Shown in pieces: positions 9,401 to 18,724 of a stretch of DNA of 64,000 nucleotides. This DNA is from Desulfurococcales archaeon. Its GTDB lineage: Archaea > Thermoproteota > Thermoprotei_A > Sulfolobales > AG1. The notes below the pieces were generated by a model that saw nothing but the letters and a program-made list of their open reading frames with translations, did no database searches and was not told the origin of the DNA. Position 1 is the stretch's first letter, and each line of letters starts with the position of its first letter. Location of the stretch: assembly GCA_015521765.1 (NCBI GenBank), contig WANO01000038.1, positions 722-64,721 on the forward strand, in the 5' to 3' direction. The translations under genes were made by a program, and so were the position numbers.

Positions 9401-10885
9401 TTGTGTAGTATTGGGGGTTTTTTAAGGTTTAACCATTCCGGAAACATAGATCTTGTTGTCAGAAAGCTTGTTGATATAATGGTTAATGCTAAGGATCGTG
9501 GAAGGGATAGCTGGGGTATAGTGGGTGTAACTGGCTCGGGTGACTATGTCTATATTAAAAGATCTGGCGAGATAGATAGGGAAGACTATAAAGACATATA
9601 TGAGGTGTTTCGAGACCGTAGCCCAGTGTCGGCGATATTCAATATGAGGGCGGAGCCAACAACAGAGTATGTGCCGGTGAAGGATGACAACAATATACAG
9701 CCTTTTATCGGTTCCAGATATGCGGTGGCCCATAACGGTACTATAGCCAATGATCTTGAGATCGAGGAGAGGTTCGGAATCAGAAAGATATCTAGGATAG
9801 ACACCTCGGTACTGCCTCCACTCCTAGACAAGATATGGGATGGAGACATATACAGGCTTAGAGAGATCCTGGCCAACGAGATAAAGGGAAGCTATGCCCT
9901 AGCTATACTTGATAGGGTTAAGCCCAACTGTATTTATCTAGCCACAAACTTTAAGCCTCTCTACATGATGTGGGATCGAGATCTCGAAACGCTGTTTTTC
10001 TCCAGCTATGACGAGCATCTCCAAAGCCCTGAACTCCCACCATGGAGCTCTAACCCCGTTAAGAGGGTTGAGCCCTACTCTATAGTTGAGATCTGCTCAA
10101 GCGGTACCTATAGAACTGTAGATCTTAGTGGAAACAGCAGCATTAAGAAACGCAAGAGAGCACTGGTCATTATAAGCGGGGGTCTAGACTCAACAGTAAC
10201 AGCAACATACCTATTGAGGAAAGGATACGATGTAACTCTACTCCACTTCAACTATAGGCATCTAGCTGAATCCCCAGAGTCGAGAGCCGTTAGAGAGATA
10301 GCTAAAGAGCTTAATGTGCCCCTGCTAGAGATCGAGACAGACGTATTCAGAGTCATAGGTAAGTCATCGCTGTTGGGCGAGGGTGAAGTAAATCTAAATG
10401 ACATGGGTAGAGAGGGAGCGGAGCTCCCCTTCGAATGGGTGCCAGCCAGAAATTTCGTGTTTCTCGCAGTCGCAACAGCTATAGCTGAGGCGTATGGATA
10501 CGACTATGTGGCTTTAGGCATAAATGTGGAGGAGGGGAACGCGTATCCAGATAACGAAAACGAGTTCTACAGGCTGCTCAATAAGGCTTTGCCCTATGCA
10601 ACTTCTCCGGGAAAGATCGTGAAGATCATTAATCCGGTAGGGCATCTGGTTAAGCATGAAATAGTTAGGCTGGGCTTAGAGATAGGGGCTCCCCTACATC
10701 TAACTTGGAGCTGCTATCTAGGTAAAGATAAGCACTGCGGTAAATGTGGCCCGTGCTATATGAGGAGATGGGCTTTCAAGATGAATGGTGTTAGGGATCC
10801 CGTAGCATATGATCTTCCTGAAAGCTACGAAAAAGACTTCTGGAGCGGGTGCAGGAAGTATGAGTATAGGGGAGCTAGATCGTGA
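9401..10885 (+). CDS. class-II glutamine amidotransferase fused to QueC (7-cyano-7-deazaguanine synthase-like); GAT-QueC
   Basis: A TTG start is followed directly by Cys2 (the Ntn nucleophile), and GGTGATC (SD-like) lies 4 nt upstream. The C-terminal half carries the PP-loop ISGGLDST and the QueC Zn motif CYLGKDKHCGKCGPC. Confidence 0.8.
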   Translation: MCSIGGFLRFNHSGNIDLVVRKLVDIMVNAKDRGRDSWGIVGVTGSGDYVYIKRSGEIDREDYKDIYEVFRDRSPVSAIFNMRAEPTTEYVPVKDDNNIQPFIGSRYAVAHNGTIANDLEIEERFGIRKISRIDTSVLPPLLDKIWDGDIYRLREILANEIKGSYALAILDRVKPNCIYLATNFKPLYMMWDRDLETLFFSSYDEHLQSPELPPWSSNPVKRVEPYSIVEICSSGTYRTVDLSGNSSIKKRKRALVIISGGLDSTVTATYLLRKGYDVTLLHFNYRHLAESPESRAVREIAKELNVPLLEIETDVFRVIGKSSLLGEGEVNLNDMGREGAELPFEWVPARNFVFLAVATAIAEAYGYDYVALGINVEEGNAYPDNENEFYRLLNKALPYATSPGKIVKIINPVGHLVKHEIVRLGLEIGAPLHLTWSCYLGKDKHCGKCGPCYMRRWAFKMNGVRDPVAYDLPESYEKDFWSGCRKYEYRGARS

Positions 10886-11606
10886 ACATGTCGCTGTATC
10901 AGAGATCTTTAAAAGCTATCAGGGAGAGGGGCTCAACGCGGGGAAGCCAGCTGTATTTGTTAGGCTAGCCCTATGCAACCTGTACTGCTCATGGTGCGAC
11001 ACAAAGTATAGTTGGCTAACTCCAGATAGAGCCAGGGTTCTGGGGCTGAAAGAATATTATTACTCGATGGATAAAGCGAGATTCCAGATCTATTCACCTA
11101 TAGAGCTATATAAGATCGTGACATCGATAAGCGGGGCAAGGCATCTTGTTCTAACCGGAGGAGAACCCCTTATATGGAGGTATAGGCTGGTTGAGTTTCT
11201 ATCTAGGCTAAAGAGCGATGGATGGTTTATTGAGGTTGAAACCAATGGTACTATTCCACCTGATCCGATAGATGTATATATAGATCTATTCAACGTATCA
11301 CCCAAACTAAGCAATTCAGGTGTCCCATACAGATATAGGATAGTGGAGAATGCATTGAGAAGGTTCGTTGAGCTCGCCGTGATGGGTAGGGCTATATTTA
11401 AATTTGTGGTTTCGTCGCATAGCGATCTCGATGAGATAAGGGAGCTGATCAGAATCTATAGGATACCGAAAAATAGAATCCTGCTTATGAGCGAGTGCAG
11501 AGATAGAGTAGAGTGTCTAGAAAGAGACAGATACACAGTTGAGTTCTCAAGAAAGCTTGGGGTTGGCTTCACAAGGAGGCACCATATACTGGATGGATAC
11601 AAGTAA
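10860..11606 (+). CDS. queE: 7-carboxy-7-deazaguanine synthase (radical SAM)
   Basis: FKSYQGEGLNAGKPAVFVRLALCNLYCSWCDTKYSW is typical of QueE. The ORF is open from 10809, but the ATG at 10860 gives a family-typical N-terminus. Overlaps the GAT-QueC 3' end. Confidence 0.8.
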   Translation: MSIGELDREHVAVSEIFKSYQGEGLNAGKPAVFVRLALCNLYCSWCDTKYSWLTPDRARVLGLKEYYYSMDKARFQIYSPIELYKIVTSISGARHLVLTGGEPLIWRYRLVEFLSRLKSDGWFIEVETNGTIPPDPIDVYIDLFNVSPKLSNSGVPYRYRIVENALRRFVELAVMGRAIFKFVVSSHSDLDEIRELIRIYRIPKNRILLMSECRDRVECLERDRYTVEFSRKLGVGFTRRHHILDGYK

Positions 11607-11618
11607 TAGTCATTGTTC

Positions 11619-12917
11619 TCAATCGAAGACCATACCCTTAGTTTCTGGAGCTAGAATGTGTGTGGCTAGCGAACCAACCACAGCAACAGCCATAGTTGCC
11701 AGTAGCGGGGTGGTGACATTACCGGTAAGCTGGAACAACACGCCGAAGACTATCGGGCCCAATACAGCTATAAATTTGCCGAAGCCCTCGGCAACACCAA
11801 AGGCTTTTCCCCTAAGCTTTGTTGGAAACAGCTCGCTAGTGAATGGGTAGACAGCGCCCCAGGCACCAAGATTAAAGAAGCTAACCGCTATAGCCGCTAG
11901 AGTGAACACAACAACATCTCTTGTTGCTGCTGCCATCACAATCCCCGTTACTCCACTCATGAATAGGTAGGTGACCAGAGTCTTTTTCCTCCCCCATCTC
12001 TCTACAAGAATCATAGCGCTAACGTAGCCGGGTACCTGGAAAAGAAACGCTAGGGTTAGATAAAGCCATATATTTCCGTATAGGGCAACAACATTAAATA
12101 CTTGGGGTAGCCATAGAAATAGTCCGTAGTATGTGTAGTTTAGAGCTGACCAGGCAAACAGCATTGCTAAAGCTCTCCGGCCATAGTGTGAGAAGAGCTC
12201 GTTGAAGCTTCCCTTCTCTTCTACAGCAAACTCTATTGTTCTTGGATCAATATTTCTTCCAGTAAGCCTTTTCAGAACCTCTGATGCCCTATCCAAGTAG
12301 CCCTTCTTGGCTAGATAGAACGGGGATTCAGGCACATAGAGTCTGAATAAAGCCACTATGAATGCCGGAAACGCAGCTGCTAGAAATAGCGCTCTCCAGT
12401 TACCACCGCCAATTTCCAGAAAAACATATGCTAGAGCTAGAGCTATTAAACTTCCTACAGGCCAGAACAGATCCATGCTAACCATAAGCATCCCACGCTT
12501 CCTGGGAGGCAGGAACTCGCTTAATAGCGCTGGATCAACAACAAGCATGCCGCCCAGCCCGACCCCGGCAAGGAATCTATACGCTAAGAGATCGTAGAAC
12601 CCCGTAGATAAAGCGGTTAAAGCAGTGAATAGGCTATACCAAATGAGGGAGATCTGGAAAACAGGCCTTCTCCCTACAACATCGCTTAACCTCCCGAAAA
12701 TAACCGCCCCTGCGATATCGCCAAGCAACACCGCTGAGGCGAGTATGCCTTGCTGGATCTGGTTGAGGCTAAAGATCTCTGCGAAGAGAGGTAGGGTGAA
12801 CGATATCAGTATTATCTCCATAGCCACAAAGGCCCATGAGAACCTGGCTATCCATATGATCCTACTCTGGGTGCTGCTGATCTCTTCAGTATCGAGGATC
12901 TCTTCAATCCTAACCAA
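11619..12917 (-). CDS. MFS transporter
   Basis: 432 aa, about 12 TM segments, and the MFS loop motif GRLSDVVGRRP. Confidence 0.85.
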   Translation of the reverse strand: MVRIEEILDTEEISSTQSRIIWIARFSWAFVAMEIILISFTLPLFAEIFSLNQIQQGILASAVLLGDIAGAVIFGRLSDVVGRRPVFQISLIWYSLFTALTALSTGFYDLLAYRFLAGVGLGGMLVVDPALLSEFLPPRKRGMLMVSMDLFWPVGSLIALALAYVFLEIGGGNWRALFLAAAFPAFIVALFRLYVPESPFYLAKKGYLDRASEVLKRLTGRNIDPRTIEFAVEEKGSFNELFSHYGRRALAMLFAWSALNYTYYGLFLWLPQVFNVVALYGNIWLYLTLAFLFQVPGYVSAMILVERWGRKKTLVTYLFMSGVTGIVMAAATRDVVVFTLAAIAVSFFNLGAWGAVYPFTSELFPTKLRGKAFGVAEGFGKFIAVLGPIVFGVLFQLTGNVTTPLLATMAVAVVGSLATHILAPETKGMVFD

Positions 12918-12980
12918 TAACCGTCACCAAACACATGTTCTGTAAAAAACCAATATAAACATTAATCAACCCACACTGAC

Positions 12981-12990
12981 AAAAATAAAA
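12981..12990 (+). promoter_or_regulatory. putative TATA-like element for tRNA-Gly
   Basis: AAAAATAAAA centred about 30 nt upstream of tRNA position 1. Confidence 0.3.
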
Positions 12991-13014
12991 TCCCTCAAAG
13001 AATCAAAAATAATG

Positions 13015-13090
13015 GCGGCGGTCGTCTAGCCTGGTCTAGGACGCCGGCCTCCCAAGCCGGCGATCCCGGGTTCAAATCCCGGCCGCCGCA
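13015..13090 (+). tRNA. tRNA-Gly(CCC)
   Basis: Cloverleaf read by hand: GCGGCGG-TC-GTCT-AGCCTGGTCTA-GGAC-G-CCGGC-CTCCCAA-GCCGG-CGATC-CCGGG-TTCAAAT-CCCGG-CCGCCGC-A. No intron, CCA not encoded. Confidence 0.9.
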
Positions 13091-13201
13091 TCAAACAATA
13101 AGGAATGCTCTATCCTGTTGAGATAGCTTTGCTCCTAAGGATACATAGATAACATCTAGATGGTATGTCGAGGTAGACATATATCAAGGACTCTACAATA
13201 C

Positions 13202-13363
13202 ATGGTGTGGGTTCCTGATATGCCTAAAGCTATAGAACTTGTAGAGCCCGGCGAACTCGATAAAGTAGCTCTAGGCATGTAGGCTACGATAAAAGATGGA
13301 GAAGTGATTACATGTGCTGATTCTCTTGATAAACTGCAAAGTTATGGCGAGGAAAGGAAGTAA
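13202..13363 (+). pseudogene. small ORF (53 codons) interrupted by one in-frame TAG at 13280-13282; possible gene remnant
   Basis: Reads MVWVPDMPKAIELVEPGELDKVALGM*ATIKDGEVITCADSLDKLQSYGEERK in a single frame. No family recognised. Confidence 0.2.
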
Positions 13364-13526
13364 ACGTGAAGAGTAATATGTGATCAAAGTCCCAATACAC
13401 GATCTATTCGTTGCTATGCTATAAAAACACTGCATGCAACACCCACACATCTCGAACTCGAATAGGATATAGCTTTAAGTATATGTATAGAACCATATTT
13501 TAAAGCCTTTATGCATAGTTTTACGT

Positions 13527-14294
13527 ATGAAGAATCCCTATAAATTGCTTGTTGATAGAATATCTGAGAAGGGATACAGCCTAGGGACATGGATAACCAT
13601 AAACAGCCCAGAGGTAGCGGAGATAGCCTCCTATATAGGGCTTGACTGGGTTGTAATCGATATGGAGCACGCACCACTAGACTTCTATGACGCCGAAATG
13701 CTTCTAATGGGCTTAGCTAATGATGCTATAGTTGGGATTGTGAGGATCCCGCTAAATGATCCTGTGTATGTGAAGAGAGCCCTAGATATAGGGTCTGATG
13801 GCCTACTGGCTCCCCTAATAAGTAGCGAGAAGGATGCGAGAGATCTAGTTAGATACGCATCATACCCACCTAAGGGGATCAGGGGTGTGGGACCCCGCAG
13901 AGCCTCTAGGTATGGGCTAATTCCGCTTAGAGAATATGTCGAGCAGTCTAGGAGCATCCTACTTCTAGTACAGATCGAAACGAGAGAGGCGTTAATGAAC
14001 CTGGATAGTATACTCGAGGTGGAGGAGATTCATGGAGTGTTTGTGGGACCCAACGATCTTGCTATGAATATGGGTGCCGAGAGAGACTTCACCAACCCAT
14101 ATATGCAGAAGATGCTTAGCGAAATAGCAGGTAGAGCCGTTGAGAGGAAGAGAATCATAGGTATAATGACCTACACACCCGAAGAGGCCAGAAAAGCTAT
14201 AGAGCTTGGCTACAACTTCATAGCTCTGGGAAGCGATACATCAGCACTTATAAGGGGATTGAAAACATTTAAAGAAAGCCTAGAAAATAGATAG
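13527..14294 (+). CDS. HpcH/HpaI-family 2-keto-3-deoxy-acid aldolase
   Basis: 255 aa. GTWITINSPEVAEI...DWVVIDMEHAP...VRIP...LVQIET...GPNDL pattern typical of HpcH/HpaI aldolases. Confidence 0.8.
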   Translation: MKNPYKLLVDRISEKGYSLGTWITINSPEVAEIASYIGLDWVVIDMEHAPLDFYDAEMLLMGLANDAIVGIVRIPLNDPVYVKRALDIGSDGLLAPLISSEKDARDLVRYASYPPKGIRGVGPRRASRYGLIPLREYVEQSRSILLLVQIETREALMNLDSILEVEEIHGVFVGPNDLAMNMGAERDFTNPYMQKMLSEIAGRAVERKRIIGIMTYTPEEARKAIELGYNFIALGSDTSALIRGLKTFKESLENR

Positions 14295-14301
14295 GGGCTC
14301 T

Positions 14302-15390
14302 ATGATGAGCGTGGTCGATATACTCGATAACGAGCTGAGGAAGACGCAGACCTATAAGCCTAAGGAGAGGAAATGTGTCTATCCACTCGATCTAAACGAG
14401 AACCTAGTGATCCCTAAAGAGCTACTTCAGGAGATAATTATTGAGGCTGCTAAGGAGATAGATCCTAGAACATACCCAGCAAAAGAGAGGAGAGAGGCTG
14501 AGGAGGCGTTAGCTAGAGTACATAATGTTGATCCCGAGCAGATAGTACTGTTCAACGGTGCGGACGACGCCATAGACACTCTGATAAACCTAGCTAGCCA
14601 GGCTAATCCGGGAAAGGCAACGGTATTAGCGTTGAAGCCATCATTCACAATATATAGGACGAGAACGCTGGTGAAGGGGTTAAACTATATAGAGAGTAAG
14701 ATAGATAGGGATACATTGAAGCCTGATCTAAGGGACCTCGCCGAGAAAGCCTCCGTATCGGAATTGGTATTTTTCGATATACCAAACAATCCAACAGGTA
14801 TAATACCTCTAGACAGGGTCGAGATAGAGGAAATAATAGAGAAAGCCTGTGGAATTGTCGCTATTGACGAGGTATATGCCCAATACATTGCGGAGGGGTG
14901 GGAATCGGTTGATCTGGTTAAGAGATACGATAATGTAGCAACTATAAGAAGCTTCTCCAAATCCTATGGCTTAGCGGGTATGAGGATAGGCTATATAGTT
15001 GCTTCAAGGAGATTAGCCTCAATACTAAAGAGATCAACCCTACCCTTCCACATAAATAAACTAGCGCTTAGACTCATAGTTAAGGTTCTCGAGAGAAACG
15101 ATATCTTTAAGAAATACATCGACGAGGTAATCGATTTGAGAGACTACATGTATAGAAAGCTTACAGAAATCAACCCGCTAAAGGTCTATAGATCATACAC
15201 AAACTTCCTGTTGCTAGACGCCGGAAAACACCACAGCGAGATTCTTAAAAAAGCGCATGAAAACGGGTACTGCATAAGGGAATTCAAAGGGGTTTTCGAT
15301 GAAAACGATAAATATATAAGAATAACCATACCACCAAGCAGAGAGACCGCAGACAGCCTGATAGATGTGATTAAACAAGCAGTAGGCTAG
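14302..15390 (+). CDS. class I/II aminotransferase, histidinol-phosphate aminotransferase-like
   Basis: PLP-lysine motif SFSKSYGLAGMRIGY, NPNNPTG-like IPNNPTG, and LDLNEN near the N-terminus. Confidence 0.75.
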   Translation: MMSVVDILDNELRKTQTYKPKERKCVYPLDLNENLVIPKELLQEIIIEAAKEIDPRTYPAKERREAEEALARVHNVDPEQIVLFNGADDAIDTLINLASQANPGKATVLALKPSFTIYRTRTLVKGLNYIESKIDRDTLKPDLRDLAEKASVSELVFFDIPNNPTGIIPLDRVEIEEIIEKACGIVAIDEVYAQYIAEGWESVDLVKRYDNVATIRSFSKSYGLAGMRIGYIVASRRLASILKRSTLPFHINKLALRLIVKVLERNDIFKKYIDEVIDLRDYMYRKLTEINPLKVYRSYTNFLLLDAGKHHSEILKKAHENGYCIREFKGVFDENDKYIRITIPPSRETADSLIDVIKQAVG

Positions 15391-15413
15391 AGCCGGAGCG
15401 AACAAAGCAAAAG

Positions 15414-15788
15414 CTATCTCTTTGATCCACGTCTCTTCTCCCTTTTAACTGTAACTCCCTGAGCAAATATAGCGTAGCCTACACCAGCACCTATAAATAA
15501 TCCAATAACAATGCCTCCAGCTATCCATACACCTATCTCCGAGCCCGTGGGAGGTCTAGTGATAGTTATCGGCTCGGGTGTATATGTGAATGTAACTGTC
15601 AATGTGGTTGTGACTGTAGTAACGTTTCCTGGAGTCGTGATATTAGCTACAGTTTCATTGGCGGCCTGCAGCAGGAGATTCCCTGAACCTATATATGTGT
15701 CATGGAGCATCCAGGCAGTATCGATCGGTGAAAAAGCTATAGAGAGTGAAGCTATAGCTATAATCAAGCAAATAACAACAGCCCTCAT
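15414..15788 (-). CDS. small surface-anchored Thr-rich protein (signal peptide, C-terminal TM anchor)
   Basis: N-terminal hydrophobic signal, N-glycosylation sequons (NET, NIT, NVT), a Thr-rich stretch, and a C-terminal TM plus basic tail KREKRRGSKR. Confidence 0.45.
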   Translation of the reverse strand: MRAVVICLIIAIASLSIAFSPIDTAWMLHDTYIGSGNLLLQAANETVANITTPGNVTTVTTTLTVTFTYTPEPITITRPPTGSEIGVWIAGGIVIGLFIGAGVGYAIFAQGVTVKREKRRGSKR

Positions 15789-15884
15789 GCAGTAGACACC
15801 ACAAAGACGTTATACATGAAATCCTTTAAAATTATGGCCCATACAACCATAATTAAAGCGTGGAGCTGAACAATTACCTCTGTT

Positions 15885-16988
15885 TTACTGCTGTGTCCCT
15901 GAGATATATTGATCGAGACCCAAATCCCTCAAAAACGATATAGCGTCGCGAAGATCTCTAGCACCCCTAACTATAGCTAGAGAAGGGTTGAGGATCGTTA
16001 TTTCTACACCCCCTCTACCCACAACGTAGATCCCGTCGTATTCGTTTACGCTCCACACACCCCGATCAATAGATCCAATAAGCCTAGCCAACCCCCCACG
16101 ATCCATGTTAAGTCTCACCTTAAAGGTGCCTGGAGAGCCGCACACGGGCATGACTCCATAGCGTTTTCTCTCTGCATTGAGAAACTCATACCTATCCAAT
16201 CCACATACAGGGCATCTAGGGTTTCTTTTAACCTGTATCTTGGTGATCTCGAACCTATTTACATCTATATAGTATAGCCCATCAGCACCCTTGTCCAGAA
16301 GGATATCTACGGCCAGCTTGGCGGCCACAACCGAAACCATGGTTACCGTAACTATATCTGTACCTATAACCTCACACTGATTCTGGCTATCTAGATCGTT
16401 TACCGAACCCAATATACACCTTAGGCAGGGCGTTGATTTGGGTATTATGGGCATCACATTACCGAACCTCCCGGAGACGCCAGCAAATATATATGGTACA
16501 CCTTTATGTATGCAGGCCTCATTAACTATCATTCTCGTCTCCATATTGTCTAGGCCGTCGATAACGAGATCGACACCATCGATCAAGTCAAAAACGTTGG
16601 AGCCATCAACCTCATCAACTACAGCCTCAACAATGGTGCCAGGGTTGATCTCTATAATCCTCTCTCTAACAGCATGAGCCTTGGGCCTTCTAACTCTATA
16701 GTCGCTATAGCCATACAGATGCACCCTGGGAATGTTCGATAGATCTACAAAATCACGATCAACAATCCTGATAAAACCAACACCCATCCTGGCAAGAAGC
16801 TCAGATATAGTTGAGCCTAAAGCACCAGCACCAACAACAAGAACCTTGGATCTCTGAAGCCTCCTTAGTCCAGATAACCCTATCTCCTTCAAAAGGACAA
16901 CTCTAGAGAACATCTCCGCTAGCTCATCATCACTAACAGCAGAATTATATGGTGCGCCCGAGGCCTGCATACCTGAACAATTCACCAA
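15885..16988 (-). CDS. ThiF/MoeB/UbaA-type E1-like adenylyltransferase with extra C-terminal domain
   Basis: VLVVGAGALGS nucleotide-binding loop and two CxxC pairs (CLRC, CPVC) typical of the Zn site. About 105 additional C-terminal residues of unknown fold. Confidence 0.8.
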   Translation of the reverse strand: MVNCSGMQASGAPYNSAVSDDELAEMFSRVVLLKEIGLSGLRRLQRSKVLVVGAGALGSTISELLARMGVGFIRIVDRDFVDLSNIPRVHLYGYSDYRVRRPKAHAVRERIIEINPGTIVEAVVDEVDGSNVFDLIDGVDLVIDGLDNMETRMIVNEACIHKGVPYIFAGVSGRFGNVMPIIPKSTPCLRCILGSVNDLDSQNQCEVIGTDIVTVTMVSVVAAKLAVDILLDKGADGLYYIDVNRFEITKIQVKRNPRCPVCGLDRYEFLNAERKRYGVMPVCGSPGTFKVRLNMDRGGLARLIGSIDRGVWSVNEYDGIYVVGRGGVEITILNPSLAIVRGARDLRDAISFLRDLGLDQYISGTQQ

Positions 16989-17079
16989 GATAAATGTAGA
17001 TTTAGACAGCTTATAGATATAGTTAAAAAATAAAAAGATTCCTCCTTAAACTATATGGCTCCTACTTAAAATGGCTGGG

Positions 17080-17469
17080 CTATTTACCCTTAGCCTTAAG
17101 CTCCTCATAGGCGCGGCTGAGCTCATCAACAAGATCCTTGGCCTTCCCAGGCTCAAGTATAGCGGCGCTAGCAGCAGCCACCTGGATATTGGCTGCCTCG
17201 CCAAGCCTCTTCTTGCTTGGGACATATATGTAGGGGACCTTCTTCTCTTCACACAGAAATGGCAGGTGAAGAACTACCTCAGGCGGATCAACATCTTCAG
17301 CGATAACAACAAGTTTAGCCAGACCTCTCTCAATGGCCTTAGTAACCTCATTGGTGCCCTTCTTGATTTTACCGCTCTCCCTAGCTAGCCTAACAGCCTC
17401 GTACGCCTTCTCAGCTAGCTCTGGTGGAACAGAAAATCTAACATGAGGTTTATCCGAGCTCATTCTCAT
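17080..17469 (-). CDS. rpl7ae: 50S ribosomal protein L7Ae
   Basis: [57 protein letters not shown] is the canonical L7Ae core. Confidence 0.95.
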   Translation of the reverse strand: MRMSSDKPHVRFSVPPELAEKAYEAVRLARESGKIKKGTNEVTKAIERGLAKLVVIAEDVDPPEVVLHLPFLCEEKKVPYIYVPSKKRLGEAANIQVAAASAAILEPGKAKDLVDELSRAYEELKAKGK

Positions 17470-17580
17470 CCTCCCATCGTCGCTTCTCTATATCTGCACC
17501 ATATAAGTCATGGTTATAAGGTTATAAACTTAACTATTTCGATTTAAAAGGATTATTAATCCTAATTCAAATACTATAAG

Positions 17581-18036
17581 GTGCAAAAAATGAAGATACA
17601 TTACGAAGGGGAGTTCGAGGTAGAACAAGAGAAAGAGAAGGTATTCAGATCGTTAATCGACATCGAAAAGGTAGGAAAGGCGTTTCCAGGCGTTGAGAAA
17701 ATAGAGAAGCTAGACGAAAAAACAGCGCAGGTAAGGGTTAAAATGGGTATAGGCGCATTGAGGGGGGTCCTCAACATCAAGCTAAGCTTTACCGAGATAA
17801 ATGAGGGTGTAAGCGCAAAGGTGAATGGAAGAGGTAGCGGTGCCCAAAGCACCGTGGACTTTACCCTGAGCTTCACGCTAGATCATAGAGACAACACAAC
17901 TAAAGTTGCATGGGTTTTCGACGGGAATGTCGGGGGGCTAATGGGCTCTATCGGTGGGAGAGTCCTGGATAGTGTTGCTAGGAGACTGATAAATGAGACC
18001 ATCGATAACCTGAAAAAGATCCTTGAGAGAGAATAG
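17581..18036 (+). CDS. SRPBCC-fold protein, CoxG-like
   Basis: About 150 aa. The pattern of a CoxG/SRPBCC ligand-binding domain, with a GGLMGSIGGRVLDSVARRL C-terminal helix. Confidence 0.6.
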   Translation: MQKMKIHYEGEFEVEQEKEKVFRSLIDIEKVGKAFPGVEKIEKLDEKTAQVRVKMGIGALRGVLNIKLSFTEINEGVSAKVNGRGSGAQSTVDFTLSFTLDHRDNTTKVAWVFDGNVGGLMGSIGGRVLDSVARRLINETIDNLKKILERE

Positions 18037-18153
18037 GCCGGCTATAATAGCTATGTAAGCTGATCCGGATTAATTTTCCCAACACCACATTTTCTCTAGC
18101 TAGTTGGTGATCCGTAAATTAAGTTTAAGTTTAGGTAACCAACATTTAATTAG

Positions 18154-18657
18154 GTGTTTCTCGATTTGAAGCTGAATAATATATGGACGCCATGGAGGCT
18201 AAGCTACATAAAGGAGGCGGATAAGATAAAGACATGCATATTCTGTGAATCATTCAAAAAGCCGGACAGGGACTCATATATAGTCTACAAGGGCAAAACA
18301 TGCTTCGTTGTACTCAATATCTATCCCTACAACAACGGGCATATAATGATAGCCCCCTACAGGCATGTAGCCAGCCTCGAGGACCTAAACGAGGAGGAGA
18401 GGACCGAAATCATGGATCTCATGGTTAAAAGCATCAAAATACTATCCAGCGAATACAACCCCCACGGATTCAATATAGGCATAAATCTCGGTAAGGCTGC
18501 AGGAGCCGGTGTAGAGCATCACCTGCATGTGCATATCGTTCCTAGATGGGTTGGAGACACGAACTTCATGCCTGTCCTAGGCGAAACCAAGGTGCTCCCC
18601 GAACTTCTCGACTCCACTTGGGATAGGCTGAGGAAAGCTTTTAACAGGGTTGCGTAG
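18154..18657 (+). CDS. HIT-family nucleotide hydrolase/transferase
   Basis: Histidine triad HHLHVHIVPR and an N-terminal WTPWR motif. Confidence 0.85.
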   Translation: MFLDLKLNNIWTPWRLSYIKEADKIKTCIFCESFKKPDRDSYIVYKGKTCFVVLNIYPYNNGHIMIAPYRHVASLEDLNEEERTEIMDLMVKSIKILSSEYNPHGFNIGINLGKAAGAGVEHHLHVHIVPRWVGDTNFMPVLGETKVLPELLDSTWDRLRKAFNRVA

Positions 18658-18724
18658 CAATTATCATCAGCAATCCACTAAGCCTAGATACATATGGATC
18701 AGGAGAAAATAAACGTGTTCGGGA

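Noticed and set aside
13015-13526. Integrated element at tRNA-Gly
   Set aside because: There is no integrase fragment and no direct repeat of the tRNA 3' end downstream. Only the broken small ORF was found, and it is reported separately at low confidence.
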